Below, piece by piece: positions 46,994 to 57,033 of a DNA stretch of 64,000 nucleotides. Every line of letters starts with the position of its first letter. Position 1 is the stretch's first letter. Origin of the DNA: an uncultured Gammaproteobacteria bacterium (GTDB taxonomy: Bacteria; Patescibacteriota; Patescibacteriia; Magasanikbacterales; JBBTQS01); contig CAZVIA010000003.1 in NCBI GenBank assembly GCA_964627525.1, positions 21,367 to 85,366 on the forward strand, written 5' to 3'. A model generated the notes under the pieces. That model saw only the letters and a program-made list of their open reading frames with translations, was not told the origin of the DNA and did no database searches. The position numbers and the translations under genes were made by a program.

Positions 46994-48976
46994 ATGAATA
47001 AACATCAAGCTAAAAAAAGAGCTGAAAAGTTGAAACAAACAATAGATGATTTGCGATACCGTTATCATGTTCTTGATGATCCAACAGTTACAGATGAAGT
47101 TTATGATTCTTTAACGCGCGAGTTGCGTGAAATTGAAAAAGATTTTCCAGAGTTAGTAACAAATGATTCTCCAACACAAAGAATTGGTGGTTTGCCTTTG
47201 GAAAAGTTTCAAAAAATAAAACACACTGTTACGCAGTGGTCTTTTAATGATGCTTTTTCAGAAAAAGAAGTTGAGGATTGGGAAGTGCGCATTAAAAAAA
47301 TGTTAGCAAAAAAACTTGGGCATGAAGTTCACGACATGACTTATGTTTGTGAATTAAAAATTGATGGTTTGCATGTTGTTTTGACTTATGAAAAAGGTTT
47401 GTTAAAAACCGCTGCAACTCGTGGTGATGGAAAAGTTGGTGAAAATGTTACTAGCAATATAAAAACAATTCAAAGTATTCCTTTGCGCTTGCGTGAACCA
47501 TTAAATTTAGTTGTTGAAGGTGAAATTTGGTTAAGTGAAAAAGAATTAAAACGTATAAACAAGCAACGTGAAAAAGATGGGATTGCGGTTTTTGCAAATC
47601 CTCGCAATGCAGCAGCTGGGACAATTCGTCAGCTAGATCCAAAAATTGCAGCTTCCCGCAAATTAGATGCATTTTTATATGATATTTCTGGTGGCGATCA
47701 AAGGGTTTTACCAAAAACTCAAGTTCAAGAATTAGAATTATTAGATAAATTGGGTTGTAAGGTTAATAAGTTATGGAAAGAGTGTGGAAAAATTAGTCAG
47801 GTTTTAGATTTTTGGAAAAAATGGGAGCCACAACGAAATTCTAAGGATTTTTGGATTGATGGAGTTGTGGTTAAGGTTAATCAAAGAAAATATCAAGAAG
47901 CACTTGGTTACACTGGAAAAGCTCCGCGCTGGGCTTTGGCAATTAAGTTTGCAGCAGAAAAAGCAACAACTGTTTTGCGTGAAGTGCATTGGCAAGTTGG
48001 GCGCACGGGTGCAATTACTCCTGTTGCTACTTTTGAGCCGGTTTTGGTTGCTGGTTCAACTGTTACTCATGCAAGTTTGCATAATGAAGATCAAGTTGAG
48101 CGTCTTGGTGTTAAAGTCGGAGACACTGTTGTAATTGAAAAAGCTGGGGATATTATTCCAAAAGTAATTCAGGTTTTGCCAAAAATGCGCACAGGAAAAG
48201 AAAAGAAAATTATTTCACCAACTAAATGTCCGATTTGTGATTCAGATGTTATGCGTCGTAAAGGTGAAGTTGCAATAGTTTGTACAAATAAAAAATGTTT
48301 TGCACAACAAAAACGTCAGTTAATTCATTTTGCTGGGAAAAAAGGTTTTGATATTGAAGGTCTTGGTAAAAAAATTGTTGAGCAATTAATTATTCAAGGT
48401 TTAGTTTCTGAACCAGCAGATTTTTTTAAATTAACAAAAGGGGATTTAGAGCCTTTGGAAAGATTTGCAGAAAAATCAGCTGAAAATTTGGTTGATGCTA
48501 CTAAAGCAAAAAAACAAATTCCAATGTGGAAGTTTATAAATGCTTTGGGAATTCGTTTTGTTGGTGAAGGTGTTGCGCAGTTGTTGGCAGATAATTTTTC
48601 AGGTATAGAAAAAATGAAAAAAGCCGAAGCAGGGGATTTTGAGAAAATTGATGGCATTGGAGAGAAAGCGGCACAGGCTTTAGAAAGTTTTTTTCAAGAA
48701 AATAAAATTTTAGATAATTTGTTAGATGTTGGTGTAATGCCAATTTCAGAACACACTAGCGGGAAGTTTAAGGGAAAGGTTTTTGTTTTTACAGGAAGTT
48801 TGCAAAATATGAGTCGTGATGATGCAAAAGAACTAGTTCATGATCAGGGTGGAACAGTTTCAAATACTTTAAGTAAAAAAACTCATTATTTGGTTGTTGG
48901 TGAAAATCCTGGATCTAAATTAAAAAAAGCCAAAGCTCTCGGCATAAAAATTATAAACGAAAAGGACCTTAGGTAG
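46994..48976 (+). CDS. ligA: NAD-dependent DNA ligase
   Basis: ELKIDG, TRGDG, PRNAAAG, BRCT C-terminus. Confidence 0.96.
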   Translation: MNKHQAKKRAEKLKQTIDDLRYRYHVLDDPTVTDEVYDSLTRELREIEKDFPELVTNDSPTQRIGGLPLEKFQKIKHTVTQWSFNDAFSEKEVEDWEVRIKKMLAKKLGHEVHDMTYVCELKIDGLHVVLTYEKGLLKTAATRGDGKVGENVTSNIKTIQSIPLRLREPLNLVVEGEIWLSEKELKRINKQREKDGIAVFANPRNAAAGTIRQLDPKIAASRKLDAFLYDISGGDQRVLPKTQVQELELLDKLGCKVNKLWKECGKISQVLDFWKKWEPQRNSKDFWIDGVVVKVNQRKYQEALGYTGKAPRWALAIKFAAEKATTVLREVHWQVGRTGAITPVATFEPVLVAGSTVTHASLHNEDQVERLGVKVGDTVVIEKAGDIIPKVIQVLPKMRTGKEKKIISPTKCPICDSDVMRRKGEVAIVCTNKKCFAQQKRQLIHFAGKKGFDIEGLGKKIVEQLIIQGLVSEPADFFKLTKGDLEPLERFAEKSAENLVDATKAKKQIPMWKFINALGIRFVGEGVAQLLADNFSGIEKMKKAEAGDFEKIDGIGEKAAQALESFFQENKILDNLLDVGVMPISEHTSGKFKGKVFVFTGSLQNMSRDDAKELVHDQGGTVSNTLSKKTHYLVVGENPGSKLKKAKALGIKIINEKDLR

Positions 48977-48993
48977 TTAAACTTAAGATCCTC

Positions 48994-49281
48994 TTAGTCA
49001 TCATTGCCCCAATCTGCGTCAGAAATCTCGGCTTCATTAAAGGCAAGAGTAGCAGCGACTAGGAATGTCGTGTCTTCAGAAAGGTCACGATCAACCACAT
49101 TATCAGGACTATCCTGACACAAAGTCCATTTTTTCGTGAATCGACCGTCTGGTGGGTAAATTTGAAGACTGGGCATGTCAACGCAAGTCCAATAACCGCG
49201 TTGTCCTTTTTCTCCAAATTCGGGTTTTACCCAGTAAAACTCAAAACCATTGACGTGTTTCTTTTTTATGTTGTCCCCCAA
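48994..49281 (-). CDS. Hypothetical protein
   Basis: 95-aa ORF with GGGGTG SD-like sequence and TTG start. Confidence 0.5.
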   Translation of the reverse strand: MGDNIKKKHVNGFEFYWVKPEFGEKGQRGYWTCVDMPSLQIYPPDGRFTKKWTLCQDSPDNVVDRDLSEDTTFLVAATLAFNEAEISDADWGNDD

Positions 49282-49349
49282 AAGTCACCCCCACTTATGG
49301 TTGAGTTAACACCTTAACATATATGCTAAAAAAATGCTATAGTGGGTCT

Positions 49350-49640
49350 ATGAAATTGGAAAAAACAGAAATTGAGCGTATTGCAGGGTTAGCTTGCTTG
49401 AAATTAAGTTCAGAAGAGGTGGAAAAGTTTCAACAACAGCTTTCTGCGGTTTTAGAGTACATGGAAGTGCTAAATGAGGTGGATACTTCGCAAATTGAGA
49501 TTACTGCACAGGTGACTGGTCTGGAAGATGTGCTGCGCACTGATGTTATTCAGGATTGTCCAGAATCACAAAAACGAAAAATCATTGAACAATTTCCTTT
49601 TGAGCAAAAAGATGCATTAGAGGTGCCAAAGATTTTGTGA
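49350..49640 (+). CDS. gatC: Asp/Glu-tRNA amidotransferase subunit C
   Basis: IA.LA.L...L.EVDT...LR.D...VPKI; directly upstream of gatA. Confidence 0.9.
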   Translation: MKLEKTEIERIAGLACLKLSSEEVEKFQQQLSAVLEYMEVLNEVDTSQIEITAQVTGLEDVLRTDVIQDCPESQKRKIIEQFPFEQKDALEVPKIL

Positions 49641-49655
49641 TGGTTTAGAAATTTT

Positions 49656-51101
49656 ATGACGATTCCAGATTTTAGAAAAAAATTAGATAGCAAAGAAATT
49701 AGCTCTGTTGAATTAACAAAGCAATATCTTGAGACCACAAAAAAATTAAATCCAGATATTAATGCTTTTATTACAATTTCTGAAGAAACTGCTTTGTCTC
49801 ATGCAAAAAAAGCAGATGACATGATTGCTAAAGGTGAGGCAAAAGAGCTCACGGGAATTCCTTATGCAATTAAAGATGTAATTTGCACACAAGAAATTCG
49901 TACAACTGGTGCTGCAAAAATTTTAGATAATTATATACCACCTTATGATGCAACTGTAATTGCACGAATTCAAGATCAGGGTGGGGTTATTATTGGAAAA
50001 CAAAACTGTGATGCGTTTGGTCATGGAGGTTCAAATGAAAATACACATTATGGTTCAGTAAAAAATCCTTGGGACAAAACAAAAATTCCCGGAGGAAGTA
50101 GTGGTGGTTCAGCTGCTGCAATTGCAGCAGACATGTGTGTTTATTCAATTGGTGGAGATACAGGTGGTTCAGTTCGTCAACCAGCTGGGATGTGTGGTGT
50201 AACTGGTTTGCGTGCAAGTTATGGACGAAACTCTCGCTATGGTTTAATGCCAATGGCGTCTTCTTTAGATACAATTGGTCCTTTGGCACAAACAGCTGAA
50301 GAAGTTGCAATGATAATGGATGTGATTGCTGGGCAAGATTTATTAGATGCAACAACAGTTCCTGAACCAGTGCCAAATTATTCTTGGGAAATTAAAAAAC
50401 CTTTGGAGCAGTGTACAATTGGAATTCCTAAAGAATATTTTGAGGAAGATGGAATTGAATCAGATGTTTTAGAAGCAGTGGATAAGGGGATTGAGCAATT
50501 AAAACTAATGGGATGTAAAGTGCGAAATGTTTCTTTGCCACACACAAAATATGCGATCGCAACTTATTATATTATTATTTCATCAGAAGATAGTAGTAAC
50601 TTGGCGCGCTTAGAAGGAATTCGTTATGGTGTTCGCGGGGAAGGTGAGTCTTTGTTTGATGTTTATAAAGATGCGCGCGCAAAAGGTTTTCCAGATGAAG
50701 TAAAGCGAAGAATTATGATTGGAACTTATGCTTTATCTTCTGGATATTATGATGCTTTTTATAAAAAAGCTCAAAAAGTGCGCACTTTGATTAAGCAGGA
50801 TTTTAATGATGTTTTTGAGGATGATGTGGATTTGTTGATTATGCCAACTGCACCAACAACTGCTTTTGGGTTGGGTGAAAAAATTGATGATCCTTTGCAA
50901 ATGTATTTAGCAGATACTTATTGTGTGTCTGCTGGGTTAGCTGGAGTTCCAGGAATTTCTGTGCCATGTGGTTTTGATTCAAAAAAATTGCCAATTGGTA
51001 TGCAGATTATTGGTCAGCGAATGCAAGAATCAAAAGTTATGCAGTTAGCTCATAATTATCAACAACATACAGACTGGCACAAGCAAAAGCCAAAATTATA
51101 A
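49656..51101 (+). CDS. gatA: Asp/Glu-tRNA amidotransferase subunit A
   Basis: PGGSSGGSAAA, DTGGSVRQPA, EVKRRIMIGTY.LS.GYYDA. Confidence 0.95.
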   Translation: MTIPDFRKKLDSKEISSVELTKQYLETTKKLNPDINAFITISEETALSHAKKADDMIAKGEAKELTGIPYAIKDVICTQEIRTTGAAKILDNYIPPYDATVIARIQDQGGVIIGKQNCDAFGHGGSNENTHYGSVKNPWDKTKIPGGSSGGSAAAIAADMCVYSIGGDTGGSVRQPAGMCGVTGLRASYGRNSRYGLMPMASSLDTIGPLAQTAEEVAMIMDVIAGQDLLDATTVPEPVPNYSWEIKKPLEQCTIGIPKEYFEEDGIESDVLEAVDKGIEQLKLMGCKVRNVSLPHTKYAIATYYIIISSEDSSNLARLEGIRYGVRGEGESLFDVYKDARAKGFPDEVKRRIMIGTYALSSGYYDAFYKKAQKVRTLIKQDFNDVFEDDVDLLIMPTAPTTAFGLGEKIDDPLQMYLADTYCVSAGLAGVPGISVPCGFDSKKLPIGMQIIGQRMQESKVMQLAHNYQQHTDWHKQKPKL

Positions 51102-51124
51102 TTTTTTAAAGTTCAGAATTTTTT

Positions 51125-52501
51125 ATGTCAAAATCCCAACCTCGGTCAAAACCCCAACCTCAGCCAAAATCCCAGCCTAAGAAAAAACTAGATCCATCAA
51201 ATCCATATTCATTTACATATGAACACGCGCAACCAAACTTTCGTGATACTTGGCGAATTTTTAGAATCATGGCAGAGTTTGTGGATGGTTATCAGTTTTT
51301 GGGGTCATTTAATAAAGCTGTAACGGTTTTAGGTTCTTCGCGTTTACCAAAAAACTCTAAATGGTGTAAAGAGGCAGAGAAGTTGGGTCAGCTTTTGGCA
51401 AAAAATAAATTTGCAACAATTACTGGTGGTGGGCCTTCTATAATGGAAAGTGCAAATAAAGGTGCTTTTGAAGCAGGTGGGGAGTCAGCGGGTTTAAATA
51501 TTCAACTGCCTTTTGAGCAACGAATAAATCCTTATGTAAAAAAATCAATTGCGTTTTATTATTTTTTCACGCGTAAGGTAATGATGACTGCGCCGTCGCA
51601 GGCTTTTGTTTTTTTTCCGGGAGGGTATGGAACTTTAGATGAGTTTTTTGAGGTTTTTGATAATATTGAGTTGGGTAAAACAACTAAGACTCCGATTGTT
51701 TTGGTTAGTAAGGAATTTTGGAATCCTGTTTTGGATTTTATGAAAAAACAGTGTGCTGTTGTTGGGGCTGTTAAAGAAAAATCTATAAATGAAATTATTG
51801 TTGTTGATTCTGCAGAAGAAGCAATTAAGTACGTTCGTAAAAGTAAAAGTAAAAAACAGATGTGTGACTTGGATCCATCGGCTTTTTATTGTGGAAAAAA
51901 TGTTAACTGGCGGATTTTTAGAATTATGGCGGAGTTGGTGGATGGTTTTGAGTTTTTGACTAGTATTAAGGATGATGTAACTGTGCTTGGAAGTAGAAGC
52001 ATAGCGCGAGATTCAGATTATTATGAAGTTGCGTATCAATTGGGTAAGAAGTTGGCTAAGAAAAAATTGACTGTGGTTAGTGGTGGGGCAGATGGTGTGA
52101 TGGAGGCAGTTAGTAAAGGTGCGCATGAGTCAGGTGGAAAACCTATTGGAATTACAATGAAGTTTGATGGTCGTCAAAGAATGAATGAGTTTGTGGACAA
52201 AAGCGTTGGTTTTGATTTTCCATTTGTGCGTAAGGTGGTTTTAACTGCGCCGTCAAAATTGTTTGTTGTTTTTCCTGGAGGGTTGGGGACTTTGCATGAG
52301 TTATTTGAGATTTTGACTTTAGAGCAAACTGGAAAAATGGGCAAGGTGCCGATTTTGCTTTATGATTCAAAATATTGGAATCCTTTGGTTGATATTATTA
52401 AAAGTGGTTTAGCTAAGGAGTATAAGACAATTTCTCCAGAAGATGTACAGTTGTTTAAGGTTGTGGATTCTTTGGATGAGGTAATGAAGTTTAAAGCATA
52501 G
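51125..52501 (+). CDS. LOG/TIGR00730-family Rossmann protein with two tandem domains
   Basis: Two WRIFRIMAE...PGG.GTL.E units. Confidence 0.88.
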   Translation: MSKSQPRSKPQPQPKSQPKKKLDPSNPYSFTYEHAQPNFRDTWRIFRIMAEFVDGYQFLGSFNKAVTVLGSSRLPKNSKWCKEAEKLGQLLAKNKFATITGGGPSIMESANKGAFEAGGESAGLNIQLPFEQRINPYVKKSIAFYYFFTRKVMMTAPSQAFVFFPGGYGTLDEFFEVFDNIELGKTTKTPIVLVSKEFWNPVLDFMKKQCAVVGAVKEKSINEIIVVDSAEEAIKYVRKSKSKKQMCDLDPSAFYCGKNVNWRIFRIMAELVDGFEFLTSIKDDVTVLGSRSIARDSDYYEVAYQLGKKLAKKKLTVVSGGADGVMEAVSKGAHESGGKPIGITMKFDGRQRMNEFVDKSVGFDFPFVRKVVLTAPSKLFVVFPGGLGTLHELFEILTLEQTGKMGKVPILLYDSKYWNPLVDIIKSGLAKEYKTISPEDVQLFKVVDSLDEVMKFKA

Positions 52502-52533
52502 TTTTTATTTTGTGAGGCATAATTTGTAAAGCC

Positions 52534-53397
52534 ATGATTCCTTATTTTGAGTTAACAAGTTTTAATTTAGGTCCTATTTTTGGACTAGGTCCAATCCCCA
52601 TACAAGTGTGGGGATTGTGTGTTGCTATTGGGGTTTTGGTTGGGTTGTGGATTGGTGGTCGCAAATTTCAGTTTATTTTTGGGGTTGATAAAGGATTTTC
52701 AAAAGAGGTTTTTTGGAATATCGGATTTTGGTTAGTGATTGCTGGGTTTGTTGGTGCAAGGTTGGGTCATGTTTTTTTATATGAGCCTGGGTTTTATTTG
52801 GGGGATTGGGTGGAAATTTTTAAAGTTTGGAAAGGTGGTTGGTCTTCAGTTGGCGGTTTTGTTGGGGCTGTGGTTTTTGTGGTTTGGTATTTGCGTTTTT
52901 TAAATATTAAAGCTGTTAAGAGTAAAGGCAAAAAAATTAATTTGTGGAAATTTGCTGATGCAGTTGCTTTTGGTTTGCCAATTGGTTGGGGGATTGGAAG
53001 GCTTGGGTGTTTTTTTATTCATGATCATTTGGGCAAGGTGACGGATTTTTTCTTGGGCATTACTGGAGCTGATGGGGTTGTAAGGCATGATTTGGGTTTA
53101 TATGATGCTTTGCTAGGATTTGGAATTGGAGTTGTGGTTTTTGTTTTGAGTTGGATTTTTTCGCAGAGACAAAACTTTTTGTGGGGTAAGCACAAGGTTT
53201 TTGATGGATTTTTTATTTTATTAGTGGGATTTTTATATGCAGTGCCAAGATTTTTTTTGGATTTTTTAAGAGTGGAAGATTTGGCAGGAGCAGATGCTCG
53301 ATATTTGGGACTGACTCCAGCGCAATATGTGATGATTGGAATAGTTGTGTTGGTTGGCTGGGTTTGGTATAAAAAAGTAAAGGTAAAATCAGCTTGA
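52534..53397 (+). CDS. lgt: Prolipoprotein diacylglyceryl transferase
   Basis: GARLGHV, W.GG.S..GG, GRLGCF, RF..DF.R. Confidence 0.85.
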   Translation: MIPYFELTSFNLGPIFGLGPIPIQVWGLCVAIGVLVGLWIGGRKFQFIFGVDKGFSKEVFWNIGFWLVIAGFVGARLGHVFLYEPGFYLGDWVEIFKVWKGGWSSVGGFVGAVVFVVWYLRFLNIKAVKSKGKKINLWKFADAVAFGLPIGWGIGRLGCFFIHDHLGKVTDFFLGITGADGVVRHDLGLYDALLGFGIGVVVFVLSWIFSQRQNFLWGKHKVFDGFFILLVGFLYAVPRFFLDFLRVEDLAGADARYLGLTPAQYVMIGIVVLVGWVWYKKVKVKSA

Positions 53398-53416
53398 TAG
53401 TTGGAGGGTTTAAATA

Positions 53417-53501
53417 GGAGAGATGGCTGAGTGGTTTAAAGCGCACGCTTGGAAAGTGTGTTGGGCGCAAGTCCACGCAGGTTCGAATCCTGTTCTCTCC
53501 G
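53417..53501 (+). tRNA. tRNA-Ser(GGA)
   Basis: GGAGAGA/TCTCTCC acceptor stem, anticodon GGA, long variable arm, GGTTCGAATCC; CCA not encoded. Confidence 0.95.
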
Positions 53502-53577
53502 CAAGTTTTATTTTTATCTTAAGTAGTGGAATTTGAAGCAAAAATAGTTTAAATAATCATTAATTAAACAAAAAATT

Positions 53578-53976
53578 ATGAAGGGATTTAATGCAAATAT
53601 AGAAAAAGACACTTTGGAAAATAATAATTTTCGTAAAGTGCTCTACACTGGTAAGGGAAGTCAACTTGTCCTTATGAGTCTGAAGCCTGGCGAAGAGATT
53701 GGTCTTGAGGTGCATGATGAAAACGATCAGTTTTTTCGCATAGAGGCAGGGCGAGGTGTGTGCGCTATCGATGGAAATGAATATGAGATCAAAGATGGTT
53801 CGGCTATTGTTGTGCCTATGGGTGCAGAACATAATGTTACTAACACCAGTGAAACAGAAGATCTTAAGCTTTATACTATTTACTCACCACCCCATCATAA
53901 GGATGGTATAGTTCGTGCTACCAAAGAAGAAGCTGAAGCTAATGAAGCAGATTTTGATGGTGTGGCGAGCGAGTAG
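53578..53976 (+). CDS. Cupin-domain protein
   Basis: EIG.EVH...DQFF.IE.G, VP.G..HNV, YSPPHH. Confidence 0.9.
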   Translation: MKGFNANIEKDTLENNNFRKVLYTGKGSQLVLMSLKPGEEIGLEVHDENDQFFRIEAGRGVCAIDGNEYEIKDGSAIVVPMGAEHNVTNTSETEDLKLYTIYSPPHHKDGIVRATKEEAEANEADFDGVASE

Positions 53977-54117
53977 TTTCTATTATTAAAAATTTAGAAA
54001 TTCTCCTAAATAAAATTGATCAGGCTCCCGAAGAAGAAATAGTAGAATAACATCAGAAAATATGTTATTTTAAAAATAGTATTTTGTAAAAAATATACGC
54101 AAAATTAAAACACTTTT

Positions 54118-54573
54118 ATGAAAGATAAAATTTTGGATTTTTTAAAGAGTCAGCAAATAATGACTCTATCCACAGTAAACACAAAGCACCATCCTCAAAG
54201 TAGGCCTATTTTTTATGTGATGGGTGAGGGATTTGATATATATTTTGTCACTCATAGTAATTCAAGAAAAGTTGAAGATATAAAAACTAATAGTGCAGTT
54301 AGTGTCTCTGTGTGGAAGCATGATAAAATGTCGCTTCAAATAGAGGGAAAAGCCGAGTTGATTTCTGATAAAAAAATTATTTCAGATATGTTAGACAAAC
54401 TTGCACAAGTACCAATAGAAGAATCTTCAAGTTTGCATCCTCCTATTTTAAGAGTAAGTCAGGATTCAGATTATGGTGTGTTTAAAATAAAAACTAACGA
54501 GGTTAGGCATTTGGATTTATCAAATGCAAATGTTCAAGAGTCTAAATCAGCAATAGAAATAATTAAACTTTAA
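54118..54573 (+). CDS. Pyridoxamine 5'-phosphate oxidase-like FMN-binding protein
   Basis: LSTV....P.SR, YF.T...SRK...I..N..VS, LQIEG.A. Confidence 0.8.
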   Translation: MKDKILDFLKSQQIMTLSTVNTKHHPQSRPIFYVMGEGFDIYFVTHSNSRKVEDIKTNSAVSVSVWKHDKMSLQIEGKAELISDKKIISDMLDKLAQVPIEESSSLHPPILRVSQDSDYGVFKIKTNEVRHLDLSNANVQESKSAIEIIKL

Positions 54574-54577
54574 ATAT

Positions 54578-54958
54578 ATGTTAAAAAAAGTTTTATTAGT
54601 AGAAGATGACGCTTTTCTCATTAGATTTTATAAAGCAAAATTAGAGCAAAAGAAATTTCAAACAGTTTCTGTTGAAGATGGTGGTCTTGCAAATCAAACA
54701 GCAAAAGAAGAACAACCAGATGTAATTGTTTTGGATGTGATGTTGCCAAATAAAAATGGTTTTGAAATTTTGAAAGATCTTAAAAAAGATTCTGCAACTG
54801 AGAAAATTCCTGTTATTGTTTTTACAAAATTATCACAAGAGTCAGACAAAAAAGAGTTAACAAGATTGGGTTGCCAAGCTTACATGGTTAAAACCGAACA
54901 CAAATTAGATGATTTGATTCTTGAAATTGAAAAAATAACAATGGGTGGCAAAGCCTAA
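54578..54958 (+). CDS. Stand-alone response regulator receiver
   Basis: VLLVEDD, PD.I.LD.MLP..NG, K. Confidence 0.9.
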   Translation: MLKKVLLVEDDAFLIRFYKAKLEQKKFQTVSVEDGGLANQTAKEEQPDVIVLDVMLPNKNGFEILKDLKKDSATEKIPVIVFTKLSQESDKKELTRLGCQAYMVKTEHKLDDLILEIEKITMGGKA

Positions 54959-54960
54959 AA

Positions 54961-55400
54961 AAATAAAAAAAGAGCCAGACATTACGGAGTGTTATGCTTC
55001 TACGTTTTGTCTGGCCCCTCTCCAGGGGAGTTGTGTGTTTTGCCTAGATCAAGAGCTTGTCATTGCCCTAACTGTTCACAGTGTCTCTTTCTTTTGCTTT
55101 TCAGACAATTCTACCGAGGTAGAAGGGGAGGGAAAAACCAAGGTAGTTTGCCTCAGGCTGGGAGGAGAAACTTGTTGGTAAACAGCAGCTCTTGCAGGCA
55201 CTCTAGACTAACACATTGTCCTGCGAGGAGCACGCGCCGTCGGCGTACTAGAATATTTCAGTGTCGTTGCAGGGGAGCTAGACACCTTGACACTCTTCAA
55301 TCCCTTTATCCGTTCTTACAGGACTAGATACGCGCGCACACTTCCCCAGCACACACGCATCCACACTTTGGAGCAACATAGTGTGCAGGGACAATTTGCA
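54961..55400 (-). ncRNA. Candidate ~430-nt non-coding (or micro-ORF) transcript
   Basis: Perfect TTGACA-17-TATAAT at 55434-55406; terminator GCCAGACA...TGTCTGGC + T-run; no ORF over 60 aa on this strand; GC above background. Confidence 0.35.
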
Positions 55401-55483
55401 AGAAAATTATAAATCTTTTTGAAAGTGTTGTCAAGTCCTAGTTGTGTATAGTATTATATATATAGTAATTAAGAAAAAAATTC

Positions 55484-56134
55484 ATGCGTCACAAAAATAA
55501 ACTAGCCTTACAATGGCTTGGTTTTATCATTATTTTAGTCGTTATTTTTGGCGGCTTAATTTGGTTGGGCCAACCCAAAGATCAAGGAGAAGCAAATTTT
55601 AAGGTAGCCGAAGTAACCGAAGATGAGCATATTAAAGGAGATCCAGATGCTGAAATTACAATTATTGAATATAGTTGTTTTGAGTGTCCTGCTTGTTCAC
55701 GTTTTTATTCAGTTTCAAAAACTATTCTCCAAGAAAATCCAAATGTTAGATTGGTGTACAGAAGTTTTCCGTTAAAAAATACACACATGAATGCATTGCT
55801 TTCTGCTCAAGCAGCTGAAGCAGCATCATTGCAAGGAAAGTTTTGGGAAATGTATGATAAGCTTTTTGAAAACCAAGTTGTTTGGTCAAAAAATTCTAAT
55901 GCTCAAAATGTTTTTATAAAATTTGCTGAAGAATTAGAGCTTGATGTGGAAAAGTTTTCACAAGATTTAAATTCAAAAGAAATAGTAAAAAAGGTTGATC
56001 AAAGTTATCGCGATGCAGTGCGATCAAATATTGAATCAACACCTTCTATTTTCTTAAACAATAAAAAAATTAACACACCAGGTAGTTATGCAGCTTTTAA
56101 TGAAATGCTGGAACAATCTTTGGAACAGAAATAA
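55484..56134 (+). CDS. dsbA: DsbA-family thiol-disulfide oxidoreductase
   Basis: FECPAC, FPL, AAEAA..QGKFWEM, STP; N-terminal TM. Confidence 0.88.
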   Translation: MRHKNKLALQWLGFIIILVVIFGGLIWLGQPKDQGEANFKVAEVTEDEHIKGDPDAEITIIEYSCFECPACSRFYSVSKTILQENPNVRLVYRSFPLKNTHMNALLSAQAAEAASLQGKFWEMYDKLFENQVVWSKNSNAQNVFIKFAEELELDVEKFSQDLNSKEIVKKVDQSYRDAVRSNIESTPSIFLNNKKINTPGSYAAFNEMLEQSLEQK

Positions 56135-56564
56135 AATACTTCCAAAGTGGTTGATCCTGACAATTTTGGGATTAGGATTGGTAGGATTTTTGGATACAGG
56201 ATATTTAACTGTGGCACACTTTTATGGTTTAGAAGTTGGGTGTGGTTTGATTCAAGGTTGTGACATTGTTTTGACTAGTAAGTATTCTGTGATTTTAGGA
56301 AAAATTCCAATGGCTTTGTTAGGGATGTTATTTTATTTAGGAGTTTTGATTTTTGCGTATAGTGCTCTTATAAATAAAAATAGTAAATGGCTATTGAGGT
56401 ATTGTTGGGTTTTGGTTTGTGGATGGATTTTTACATTATACTTGATTTATTTGCAAGTATTTGTGTTGCATCAGATCTGTCAGTACTGTATGCTTTCAGC
56501 AGTGACAAGTACATTATTATTTGCTTTTGCACTTGTTGCTTTAAATTTAAAAACATTTAAATAA
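56088..56564 (+). CDS. Vitamin K epoxide reductase (VKOR) family protein; start uncertain
   Basis: C.....C..VL.S.YS; CQYC. Confidence 0.88.
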   Translation: MQLLMKCWNNLWNRNKILPKWLILTILGLGLVGFLDTGYLTVAHFYGLEVGCGLIQGCDIVLTSKYSVILGKIPMALLGMLFYLGVLIFAYSALINKNSKWLLRYCWVLVCGWIFTLYLIYLQVFVLHQICQYCMLSAVTSTLLFAFALVALNLKTFK

Positions 56565-56578
56565 AACTCTAAATAAAT

Positions 56579-56995
56579 ATGGATTATCCATTATCAGATG
56601 ATATACAACAGAATCCTAAAATTTTGATGCAGCGTGCAGGTTATCATGAGTTTATTGACCCAAATACAGGTGAGACAAGTTATATTCGTCGTTTGACTAC
56701 TGAATTCTATCCGCGGTTTCATGTTTATGTTGATGAAACTCGTAAGGGTCGTGTGGTTTCTTTGCATATTGATCAAAAACATGCGTCTTATGCTGGTTCA
56801 AAAAAACATGCTGGGGAATATAGTGGTCCTATTGTTGAGGAAGAATTAGAACGAATTAAAGCTGTGATTAATGGAGAGATTTCCGGAAAAGCTGTTTTAA
56901 CAGGTGTTGAAGAAGTCAAAGATGAAGATGAAGTGGGTGGAGGGGTTTTGCCAAAAGATGGACCAGTTGATTTAAAGAAAAAGTTAGGATTATAA
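56579..56995 (+). CDS. Conserved hypothetical protein
   Basis: YPRFHVY...LH.DQK..SY....H.GEY.G. Confidence 0.7.
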   Translation: MDYPLSDDIQQNPKILMQRAGYHEFIDPNTGETSYIRRLTTEFYPRFHVYVDETRKGRVVSLHIDQKHASYAGSKKHAGEYSGPIVEEELERIKAVINGEISGKAVLTGVEEVKDEDEVGGGVLPKDGPVDLKKKLGL

Positions 56996-57033
56996 TTTAG
57001 GGATTAAGTAAGGGTTAAATTAAAACAAACCGC

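Noticed and set aside
54945-55327. Plus-strand ORFs 54945..55181 and 54989..55327
   Set aside because: No recognisable domains, they overlap each other, and promoter/terminator polarity points to the minus strand
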